Origin: a virus
Lineage: Duplodnaviria > Caudoviricetes
Direction: 5' to 3' (one strand)
Length of the DNA: 64,000 nucleotides
Virus record (IMG/VR): IMGVR_UViG_3300029288_004207
Span: 16,563-80,562 of that record
The position numbers and the translations under genes are program-made. Below the pieces are notes generated by a model, which was not told the DNA's origin, did not search any database, and saw only the letters and a list, made by a program, of their open reading frames with translations. Positions within the stretch are counted from its first letter, which is position 1, and each line of letters opens with the position of its first letter. Shown piece by piece: positions 6,606 to 18,100 of this stretch.

Positions 6606-7670
6606 ATGAAAATGATACGCACAGTCAAGATAAATAGCCCGGTAAATAAGGGTAAACTTCAAGGGATACGCGAGTTTCTTGTAGAGTACCAAAACTGTGT
6701 TAATTACTTCATTGCGAGACTGTGGAGCGAACAACGTTTTCGCGGCTCATATCTGGATAAACCCTATATAGCTTCGGCGCGGAAACGATTTAATCTCACC
6801 GCCCGTTTAATCCAGTGCGCGGGGAAACAAGCGTTTGAAGTTGTTAAGTCACAGCGTAAAAAAGATACCAAACAATTTCCAAGATTCAAGACACTATCGG
6901 CTACACTGGATAGCCGTTTTTGGTCAATTACTGATAACGAAAACACCTTTAATTGGTTAAAACTACAGTCAGGTTTTACTTACTTAATCCCGTTTACCAA
7001 GTCTAAACTTTGGGATAAGTGGCTTGAAAAAGGATTTATACTCTCCAAATCTATGCGAGTTAGTATCAGAAAAGATAAACTAGAGCTAGAGTTTTTCTTT
7101 GAGCATGAATCACCGGAACTTAAACCCATTGGAAACACCGAGGGATTAGATTTAGGGTACGTTAATCTAGCAACATGTTCTGATGGGCAGATGGTCGGCA
7201 TGAGATTAAATCAGTTTATCCGTACATTCCCCAAACGCAAAAAACATACACATAAGACTATAACAAACAAGGTTTATCAAGAGCTAAAATCCCTTGATTT
7301 AAGCAAGATTAACACACTTGTTTTAGAGAACCTTAAACGAGTAAAGCATAATACACGTGAGACGTTCTCACGAACACATAACAGGCGTTTATCTCATTGG
7401 CTATATGCCAAGGTGATTAGATGGTTGGAACAACGCTGTGAGGAACAGGGAATCCGCATAGAATACAAATCTCCCTGGAAAACTTCACAGAATTGTTCAG
7501 TCTGCCACAAATGGGATAAACGAAATCGTAACGGTGAAAGGTTTAAATGTGTAAACTGTGGGCATGAGGAACATGCGGACGTAATCGGCTCACAAAACCT
7601 CAAGTCGTTAGGATTGGCGGGAGTCTATAGTCTCCGTTTATTACCAACTCTTAATGGTGGGTGTCTATGA
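6606..7670 (+). CDS. tnpB: TnpB / Cas12f-like RNA-guided endonuclease, no tnpA adjacent
   Basis: RuvC-I GLDLG, RuvC-II VLENL, Zn finger CSVC..CVNC, RuvC-III HADVIGS; own promoter TTGACA-17-TAAGGT at 6569-6597. Confidence 0.92.
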   Translation: MKMIRTVKINSPVNKGKLQGIREFLVEYQNCVNYFIARLWSEQRFRGSYLDKPYIASARKRFNLTARLIQCAGKQAFEVVKSQRKKDTKQFPRFKTLSATLDSRFWSITDNENTFNWLKLQSGFTYLIPFTKSKLWDKWLEKGFILSKSMRVSIRKDKLELEFFFEHESPELKPIGNTEGLDLGYVNLATCSDGQMVGMRLNQFIRTFPKRKKHTHKTITNKVYQELKSLDLSKINTLVLENLKRVKHNTRETFSRTHNRRLSHWLYAKVIRWLEQRCEEQGIRIEYKSPWKTSQNCSVCHKWDKRNRNGERFKCVNCGHEEHADVIGSQNLKSLGLAGVYSLRLLPTLNGGCL

Positions 7671-8616
7671 ATGTCTACCATAAAGAGAACTATGAATGTA
7701 AATAAAGCTCATAAATTAGCAAGGTCTAAAGAACCTAGTTGGTTAAGGAGAAAAAGTTTATCGCAGATGTGGCGAGACTTAAAATGATATGGCTAAAAAG
7801 AAAAAGAAGGATGGGTTTCATAATTTGTTTGGTTTATTAAGTGAAAAGGATAAGAAATCACTTAAAAGAATAGCAGTAACAGGATTAACGAAAGGTAGGT
7901 GAGATAAAGTGAAAGACAAGAATCCTTGGGCAAATGTATCAAAAAAAGAACTGAAAGGCATGAAAAAGATTGCCATGACTGGTATGACTGGTGGTAAAGT
8001 CAAAAAACTCAAGTTGCCGAAGTAAAGTAATAAAGAATAAAATAATTAAGGGAGAAAGATAAAGTATGGCGAACAAAAAGATAACTTTTGGCGTAAGTTC
8101 AAGTGAAGTGAAACGAATGAGTAGAGATGTAAAAAGGGGTCTTACACAGTATAAGGGTAAGGATAAATTTGCCTTTAAATCTGTGGCAAATAGAAAACAG
8201 TGGTTTCCTAAAAATGGAAACAGCGGGTTGTAATATGGAGTGAAAAAATGGATTGGTTAAAACTTGATAAAGAAGCTGGACGTAAATTAAAAAAGTTGGA
8301 AAGCAAAGAAGGCAAAGTTGCGAAACGCCGACTTAAAGAGTTTACGTCCATAAGCCCTGCAAAGAAAAAGACCAAGTGGTATTACTAAGATGGGTAAGAA
8401 TTGTTCATACTCATTTAGTGAATACCAAAAAGGTGTTAAAAAACGGCAAAAGTCAATACGAGATTTTGACCGCCGTGAAAAAATTGGTATGAAAAAACTA
8501 AAGAGGCTTTGGAGATAATGGGTAAAAAAGAACGTAAGAAATGTGGTGGTAATCGGCATAATGTAAAAAGGGAAAGACGGCACGAAAGAGCCTTGAAAGA
8601 AAAACGCCACGAATAA
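7671..8616 (+). CDS. run of seven tiny Lys/Arg-rich ORFs: 7671-7787, 7789-7902, 7909-8025, 8066-8233, 8248-8388, 8390-8518, 8518-8616
   Basis: 32-55 aa each, abutting or overlapping start/stop codons, several with SD-like motifs; all below the ORF-track cutoff. Confidence 0.6.
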
Positions 8617-8630
8617 AGAGGTGAAAGTTT

Positions 8631-8891
8631 ATGGGTTTTATGGACAGAAAATATTCAAAAGCTGAAAAACAACAACTTAAAAGTGCTAAACAATCGCTCA
8701 AGAGACAGAAGCAACGGGAAAAACGCCATGAAAGTTTAGAAAAACTCCACGCCAAAACAGAAATGTATAAGGCAAAAGGTTCATTTTATAAAGCCAAGCA
8801 TGGGGCAAAACCACGCCCACTCTTTGATATTTCTATAGGGAAGAAGAAACAAGGTGGTAAAATCAAGCGTAGAAAAATTGGTTTATTATAA
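8631..8891 (+). CDS. small basic protein
   Basis: GAGGTG RBS; very K/R-rich. Confidence 0.7.
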   Translation: MGFMDRKYSKAEKQQLKSAKQSLKRQKQREKRHESLEKLHAKTEMYKAKGSFYKAKHGAKPRPLFDISIGKKKQGGKIKRRKIGLL

Positions 8892-8906
8892 AGTAGGTGA
8901 TATAAT

Positions 8907-9098
8907 ATGACTTACGCTTTACCAAGAAAAAAGAAATTTCCACTTAGGAATAAACAACAGGCTATATCGGCGGTAGCTTATGCCAAAAAGGGAGCAAAAG
9001 AAAGGACAATAACTCCCCAAGAACGTGATATCGTTTTAAGAAAAGTCCATGCTAAATATCCAAGTATTAACATAACTCCTATTAGAGGGAAAAAGTAG
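8907..9098 (+). CDS. small basic protein (YALP..KKFPL..A.SA.AY..V..KYP pattern recalled from phage proteins, DUF6582-like)
   Basis: AGGTGA RBS; family match is by eye only. Confidence 0.55.
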   Translation: MTYALPRKKKFPLRNKQQAISAVAYAKKGAKERTITPQERDIVLRKVHAKYPSINITPIRGKK

Positions 9099-9107
9099 AG
9101 GATTATT

Positions 9108-12100
9108 ATGGCCTTACCAGTTAATTTATTCGGTATTCCGATTAAACCTCCGCCTCCTACACCGCCTACACCGCCTACTACGCCTACGCCTGCACCTACT
9201 TATAGTCCAACACAGGTAGCTCAAAACATACAGCAGAAAGTACAACAAGCAGAAGCTACAGGTAAGACTTATGCGGAAGTAGCTAATGTTTCTCCTACAC
9301 CGCCTACACCGCCCACTACGCCTACGCCTGCACCTACTTATAGTCCAACACAGGTAGCTCAAAACATACAGCAGAAAGTACAACAAGCAGAAGCTACAGG
9401 TAAGACTTATGCGGAAGTAGCTAATGTTTCTCCTACACCGCCTACACCGCCTACTACGCCTACGCCTGCACCTACTTATAGTCCAACACAGGTAGCTCAA
9501 AACATACAGCAGAAAGTACAACAAGTGGAAGTAGCTAATGTTAAGGTTGTTGAACCAAGTAATATTATATATGTTTTAAAAACAACCAATCCTGATAAAT
9601 TTACAGTTCGTGTAGATAATGGGGATAATACCTACAAGCAAGTACAAATGAGCCGTCAAGAAATAATTGATGCTGGCGGGGAAATACCTGTTGTTGGCGA
9701 AGCGTGGAAAGAGATTAATAATCCGTTATCTAATAAAATGTTTTCTACCCCCAATGCTATTACAGAAACAGATATTAATAACGCTTATAAAGAACTTGGG
9801 TTAGAAATACCTGATTTTATATCAGCACCTCGCAATAAAAAGAACATGATTCTTGATGGTGATAATGCTGGTATGTTGGATGGTTTCTTTGATGAAGATG
9901 GTATAGCCTTGTATGAACATCCTGGGCAGTTTAGTAATGTAGAATCTGCTATAAAATATGAAAATACAATAAAAGACCCGATTGCTAAAGAAGCATGGGA
10001 AAATGCTTTTGTAGCTTATTGGGGTAAACTTCCTAGTGAAATAGTGTATACATTACCAAATGATAAGGAAAAAGCTATATCAGCTTTGGGTTATAAAAGT
10101 GTAGATGACCCTGAATTAGTTGCGTTATTAGAACGTTATAAGAGCAATCCAGAAGCCGAAGAATTTAAAACAGAAGCTAACGGTGGTACAATGTCTATTG
10201 CTAAAAAAACATTGTTATCATTCTTGGCTGATGTTCCTTACGATGCCGTCAAAGATTACCAGAGTAGTATTATTAGAGTTGGAACAGATATAACTTCAGG
10301 GACATTCTCACAAATGGTAGCCAGTGAATATGCCCGTAAGCATAATATGTCATTTGCTGATGTTTCTCAAATGATTCGTGATGCGGTTAATGGTAAAGAA
10401 AACGCTAACGTAAATAAATTGAGTGCTTCGGAAAAAGAAGCATTTAATAATTTAGTTACTCGTTGGAGTGCAGGTGCAGATTATATTACAAAGACTGAAG
10501 CAGATAATATAAAAGAATTAGACCCTGAAGGGTATGATTTATTACTCAAAAAAGGTTTAGATGCTTATCAATTAAGACAAGAAACGATTGCTAGTAGTTT
10601 TGAACCTTATGTACTCGCAACAGGCGCAGATGGTTCAAAACAATATGGTTTGATGAAGATGGTAGATGCTTATAACAAGAATGAGTTATCAAAAAAACAG
10701 ATTGAGTTAATTTTAGGTAAAGATGCATTAGATAAAATATTAAAGATATCCGATGAAGTTAATAGCATTAAAAAAGATTTTGAATCACAAATAGTGGATA
10801 CTCTGCCCCCAAATTTACAGGAGGATTATAGGAAAGGATTATCTAAGAATAATTTAGATGAGTTCCAAGAGAATTATCTTAGTTATATAACCAGCCAACA
10901 AGAAAGATACCAGAAATATCAAGATGCTGTTGATACTTTAACCGAATTAGGTTATAAGAAAATAATACCATCTTATAGTCCAACACAGGTAGCTCAAAAC
11001 ATACAGCAGAAAGTACAACAAGCAGAAGCTACAGGTAAGACTTATGCGGAAGTAGCTAATGTTTCTCCTACACCGCCTACACCGCATAATTTAGGTAATG
11101 CGCCTATATCAACTCAAGAACAAGCAACTCAATTTGTTGAAGGCGGTGTCGTTTACTATGATATCCCCTCTTATCTAAGAGATACCAAGACTAAAGATTA
11201 TAAAGTTAATCCTGTATCTGTATTGGTTTTAGAAAATCTTTTTGGCGGGGATAAAGAAGCGGCAAAACCAATCATAGATTCAGCACAAAAGCAACTTGAT
11301 TATTTATCAACTACTATAAACCATCTGCAAAATGATAAGTTAGATAATGCGCAAGTTGAAGCTCTAAGAAAAGCATTAATAGGAGTTGTAGGGCAACCTT
11401 TTAATGCAGATGAAGCATGGTTCTTAAATGCAGATGATTTAATGAAATTAAGGGCAGAAGCACCGGAATTACAAAGAGAATTAGATGATGCATTGGTTAA
11501 AACAAATGCAGAGCAATCATTAAAAGAGTTTTTAGGTAAATTATCGCAGGGTGATTTAGAAAAAGTTGCCGATATTTGGAGTTATGATGTAGAAAGATAT
11601 AGCCCGTTTGCTCAAACAGTAACGGCTTATAATGAAGCAATAAATAAAACACCATTAGCTAAATGGGCAAAAATGCCAGTATACTTTACTCCAGTTGGTA
11701 TGGGATTAGCTGCTACGGAATCTGTTGCCGGATTAGTTTCTCCATATACAATTTCTGATGAAGCTATAGTAAGACAAATTGATGATAACTATACTTATCT
11801 TAATTCAACGGATAAATTAGATGCTGAAGTAAATGATATTTTAGCAAAAGCGTTAAAAGATAACGATATTAAAGTTGATGAAGAAAATGCTTTACAAACC
11901 TACAAAAGCCTTGATGATTCTCAAAAAACAAAGGTTATAAAAGAATATACTCGTAATATGTTGGGATTAGACCCATCTGTTATGGATAAAATAATGACAG
12001 GTGCTATGGTTATAGCAGCAGCCATTGGTTTTAAAGGTCAAGTTTTAAACCCAATAGTTAGTAATATAATAAGTAAATACGGAATAAAAGCACCGGAATT

Positions 12101-15100
12101 TCTTAAGTCACTTAATAAACTCAGTGATTTGGGTTCAAGGGTACTCCATGTTCCGATTACAGGTTTATTCATAGCTGGCAGTGTTCCTACTATTACTAAT
12201 CCAAAAGTAGCATTAGATGATAAGGTAATGGCTATTGTTTTTGATTTTATGATGTTGAGGGGATTAGGTGGTGGATTGATTGGGGCGACTAAAGTAGGGT
12301 TTAAAAGACCAACAACAGAAATTTCACCTAAAATACCAAGTATAGAAATGGCAGTTGACAAGGTAACAAGTAAAGTGGCAAGTCCTGAAGTATTAATAGA
12401 TATAAGTTTAAGTGCTAGACGTTCTGCTAATCTACACGATATAAGTTATAATTTTGGTGAAGCAGTAGCTTATATGAAAAATATTCCAACTGCTACTGTC
12501 AAAGCATTATCATTGGCTATTTTAAATACTACAGAGACAATGAGTAGAGCAGGGCAGGTATTAAGACTTAATATGGCTAATATGACAGATGCCGTATTAC
12601 GTAGTGTTTCCCAAACAATGTTGGAAGCATCTGAATCTTTAAATGCTTTATATACTGCTGTTAGAAATGGGACTATAACAGATGCTATGGCAAGAGAAAT
12701 TTCCGGTAAATTATTACAAGCCAATGAATCTATAAATGATGTAATTAATTCTGTTAAAACTGGCATATCAGAAACTTATGATGCTACTTTAAAGGGATTA
12801 TCAAAGTCATTATTAGATACATCGGAAAATATAAACAGTATCATAAAATCCATCAAGGAAACTGGTGGGAAATTAACCGATGAAGCATTAAGTAATATTT
12901 CTAAAGGGTTATTAGACGCTGAAGAATGGATTGGTAAAACATCAGAATTACTTAAAACAAAATATAGTGAATTAACCGATGAAGCAATTCGTAATTTATC
13001 GGAAGATTTACTTAATATCTCTGACAAGATAACGAGTGTAAAAGATTATATTGCCAAAGGTGAACTTACCGATGCTATGTTGCGTGGTTTATCCGAGCAA
13101 TTATTAAAAGTATCGGATTCAAGTAATAGTGCATGGGAAGTAATTAAAACAAAGGTATCTGATGTAACAGATGCAACATTGCGTGGTGTTTCTGAAAAAA
13201 TGCTGGAAACATCTGAATCGGTAGAAAATGCTATAAAGAGCGTTAAAGATACTGCTGGTAAATTTACGGATAATACTATTAAGGATTTATCTAAAGCATT
13301 ACTTGATATCAGTGAGCTTGTAAATAAAACAATAGAAAATGTAAATACCAAGTATAATCAAGTATCAGATGCAATATTAAAAGATGTCTCCTTACGTTTA
13401 TTGGAAATATCTAATAAATTAAATGAAATTTATCAATCAGTGATAGATGGTACTATTACGGATGCTATGTTGCGTGGTTTATCCGAGCAATTAATGAGCG
13501 TATCGGATTTTACAAATGGGGCTTTAAATACTTTAAAAACAAAATATGAAGCGATAACTGATAAATTATTACGTGATACATCAAAGCAATTACTTGAAGT
13601 ATCTGATAATTTCAATAAGGTTATTACGGCGTTAAAGAAAGCACCATCGGATGCCAGAGATGGAATCTTACGCCAGATATCAGAACAGTCTTTAAAAGCT
13701 AATGAAGCGTTAACTAATACTGTAAATCATATAAAAAATGCGGTAGGTAATGCTAACGATGCTGTAATATTGAAGTTATCTCAAGGATTATTGGATGCTT
13801 CAGAATCACTAACCAAGATGTATGATTATATTGCCAAAGGTGAACTTACAGATGATATATTAAGGAATACATCAAAGCAACTAATGAAAGTCAGCGATAC
13901 CATCAATCAGTCTAGAGAAGTAGTCAAGGCATTAGCTCAAGGTGTTTGGGAATATACTACAGAGATATTACCAGAAAATATAAAGGCTGGCATACGAAGT
14001 CCTTATTATAAGGCTATAGATACTTTATCATCTGATATATCTGAAATATCCAGTGGATTTAAAGATGCTATGTCTGGTAAGCCTAAAGCAGACCATTGGG
14101 TAAGATTTGCACAAGAACGTAATAGGGCATTAGAAGATAATATGGAAGCGGTAGCAGGGGTTACTACTCAACAAGCTAAAAAAGATTTAGAAGAAACACC
14201 TGAATATGATATAGATGAATCACGCTGGCAACTAACTGGTATTATACCTAAGACATATAGAGCGATAGAAGCACGTATCAGTCCGAGAACATCTGCCGGA
14301 CATGTTTATGCTTTAACGGCAGATGTAGGACGTGAAAATATTCCTAAAGGAATGTCTCAACTTACTGCTAGACAGTTAACGCAGGATGTTGAACAAGCAC
14401 AACTTACTTCCAAAATACCTGCAAATAGAGTTCGTGCGTTAGAAGGTACAGGATTACAAGAAGATGGAACTATTGAGGTTAATAAATTGCCTAATGGCAC
14501 AATAGATGTTGTATTCAAAACTCGTGATGGTGATGTTTGGGGAAGGGTTTCAGGTATGCAAAGAGTGCTAGGAGATGTGCTTTACAATGGTACAGCTAAT
14601 GGCAATGTGATATTGGCGCAGATACTTAAAAATGGAATAGAGAAAACTTATAAAACAGCAACACCACAAGAAAAGGTATTATTAGATAATTTAATGAAAA
14701 ATGGTGCAGATGAAATAGCATTTAGTTATGACCCCAATGCTTATGATAGTGTGCTTAAAAAATTTATTAACAATCCTGAATATAAGGATATTCTTAAAAA
14801 AGTAAATGATAATGCTTATCATGAAGTAAGAGATTATTATGTTAATACAGCAGGGGAGAAAGTTCCAGTATCACGAGCATTTGAATGGGAAAGCCAGCAA
14901 ATAGCTCAAGCGTTTACTGCCAGAGGGCATGGAGACCCAGTAGTTGCACCGATGGTATTTGCTACTAGAACAACACCTAAAGATTTTCTAGAAACCATGC
15001 CGGATAAACCATTGGATAATCGTGCTAATGCCATGAGAAAAGCATTTGAGGAAATGAATAAAAGTGGTTTATTAGATAAAGATAAAATATATAACATATT

Positions 15101-18100
15101 TAAAGTTTATCAAGGGCAAGTAGAATATGAACTTGTTAAACCATTAGGATTTGAAACATCTGTAGCCAAGCCAACATCTTATGCTGGTGGAGAAAATGCT
15201 TTATTCCCTAGTACATTTGTAACGAGTATGTTTGATTATCATGGACTTGGGCATCAAATAAGAACTGGTGATAAGATACCTATTATATGGATGACGACTA
15301 AAAATGCCAAAGAATCAGGGTTGGGTGTCCCGACCAGAGGGGAAATATATCTTGGTAAGATATTAGGTGATTTAACTTTAGCCAGACAGAGATTGCCTTG
15401 GAATTGGAGATTTAGGGAAGAAGATAAATATTCTGAAGATGATGTAACTGTTAATAATCCTTTAATGTCTGGAATAAAACAGATTACATTAAAAGCTCGC
15501 CCTGAAGATGCTGAAGCAGGGCGTGTTAGTGCAATCATAAGAGATAATAATGGTAGAGTATTACTTGTAAAGACTAAGGGTGGAAGTACTTATGATTTGC
15601 CTGGTGGTGGAGTTAATAAACGTGGTATCGGTGGAATAATAAAAGAACATCCTGATAATGCTATGAAAGCAGAAATATGGGAAGAACTTGGTTTAAATAC
15701 TGATAAGTTAAATTATATAGGCACGATAGAAAGTAGATTTACTAATAAAAGTCCAAAAGAAAACTTTCGTATCTATGAAGCTGATGTTTCAGGTAAAATA
15801 AAAGATGCTGGTGTTGAAGTAGCAGATTATATTTGGTGGGATGGGAAAAAGGATGTTAAATTATCAGAATTTACCAAAGAAGCGTTACAAAGGGCAAGTG
15901 AACGTGCTACTGAAATAGATGAATTAGTAGCTAAAGATGTTTATACTAATATAGCTGATACATTGATGAAAAAATATGGTAAGTCTAAAGCACCTGATTG
16001 GGATAGTATTTACGAAAAAATTAGAAATAAGAATCATATAGTATTTGATTTAGATAAGACTTTGGTTGACAGTAACGGTAAATTATTGAAGGGGGCAAAA
16101 GAGTTTGTAGATAGACTTAAAAAAGAAGGCAAGCAAGTATCACTATGGACACATTCTACAAGTGAAAGAGCAAATCGTATATTAGATAGAGCAGGATTAT
16201 CTAACTATTTTGATAATGTTGTTACTCGTGAGCAATATGAACCTACGGGTAAAAACCCCAATGCTTTTAAAGATATTAATAAAATAAAAGGTGATGTGCT
16301 TGTTGATGATAGATTTGAAGGGTTTATAAAAGAAGCCGATATAGTTAATGAAATAAAACAAAAAGTTGATAGTGGTGAAACACAAAAAGAAATAAACAAT
16401 AATGAAAAACGCATAAATGAAATTCTTGAAGAACTGAATAAAACAACAGAACAAAAAAGAAAACAACAGTTAATGGAAGAACTTGACCAACTTAACATAG
16501 ATAATATTATAACTAAAAAAGAAGCTGATATAGCCAAAGACATAGATAATATAAAACAGGAAGCAAAGGAAAAAGGTATCAATGAAGATGAATTAATACG
16601 TGATAAACTAATGGATAGAGTAATAGAGGATATTGACCCCTATAGGGATGCTCGCAGAGAATTACGCTATCGCAGAGAAAAATATCCAGAGCAAGAACTA
16701 ATATTAGCAGAAAGAGATAGATTACCTATAGAGACTGATGAATCAAGGAAGTTGCTTGATTATGGCTTAGAAGATTATACAAAAAGTTCTGATGAAGATA
16801 TGGAATCATTCGCCAAGTCTTTTGATGAAAGAGAACTTGGATTAAAAGAAAAAAGAGAAGAACCTGTTTTAAAAATAACCAAAGAAGAAGAACCAGTTAC
16901 CACAGAGCCAGAGGAAGAAATAACACCAACAGAATTAGAAGAGGAAAAAATACCTCCACAAAAACCTGAAGAAGAAATTATACCACCGCCACCAGAGAAA
17001 GAAATTATACCACCGCCACCAGAGAAAGAAATTATACCACCGCCACCATTCAAAGGTTTTATTAAGGCGAGAGATAGTAGTGGTAAGGAAGTTGACCTTG
17101 AAATAAAACCTGGAAGTGTTGTTTGGATACAAGGTCGTCCAAAAGCTAAAGGTAGTGGTAATGCACCAATGTATAAAATTTCATTACCACCTTACACCGA
17201 TGAAACCTTGTATACATCAAGGGAAAATCCCCCTGGCTATAAAGATATGGGATGGGAAGGTAAAGGAAGTGCTAGAGCATCTATTCAATGTTTTCCTAAA
17301 GGAACAAAGATACTTATTAGGCAAAAGAGACTAAATAATAATCAATATAACAGAAAAAGTAGTTACTCTTATGTTCCTAGTGATATGGCTATAGATAAAA
17401 TAAAAATTGGTGATTATGCATTATCTTATAATGAAAAAACTGGTGAAAAGGAATTTAAAGAAATTAAGAATATTTTTAAAAGACAAACTGACAAATTTGT
17501 AAAGATATATCTTTTTAATGGTAATGAAATAATTTGTACACCTGAACATCCAATAGCAATTAATGTAAAAGGAAAGATAGAATGGATAGAAGCCAAAGAA
17601 TTGCAAAATGGTTATGAGATATTACAATATCAATACTCAGGTTTATATATGAGATTAAGTCAGATACCTAATAAGGGTAAAACATTAGAGGAAATATATG
17701 GTGAAGAAAAAGGAAAGGAAATAAAAAGGAAAATATCGGAACATCACTCTAGGCACAATCTAGGACGTATCTTCAGTGAAGAACATAGAAGGCGGATTGG
17801 TGAAAAATCTCGTGGTAGACAATTTACCCTTGAATCACGTGCAAAAATGAGTCATAGCAATAAAATAAGATGGGATAAAGATAATGGTAAGGAAAGAAAA
17901 GAAAGAAGCGAGATTTTTAAAGCTAAGTGGAGGGACTTAAAATATTCTCAAGCAACATTACTTAAAATGGGTGTAAAGTTTAATAAACATGAACAGTTAC
18001 TTTCATTAATACTAGACCATATATGCCCTAAAGAATTTAAATATAATGGCGATGGTAACTTAGGATTATCGTTTGATGGAATACATCCAGATTTTGTAAA

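Noticed and set aside
9154-9525. CRISPR array
   Set aside because: Units are 138-bp in-frame tandem repeats with no unique spacers; no cas genes are present.
12530-13960. Tailed-phage tape measure protein
   Set aside because: Helical repeats are present, but no tail, portal or terminase genes and no TM segments; kept only as a repeat rod.
12038-17606. Short minus-strand ORFs within the giant gene and similar antisense ORFs elsewhere
   Set aside because: Shadows of long sense genes with no RBS or motifs.
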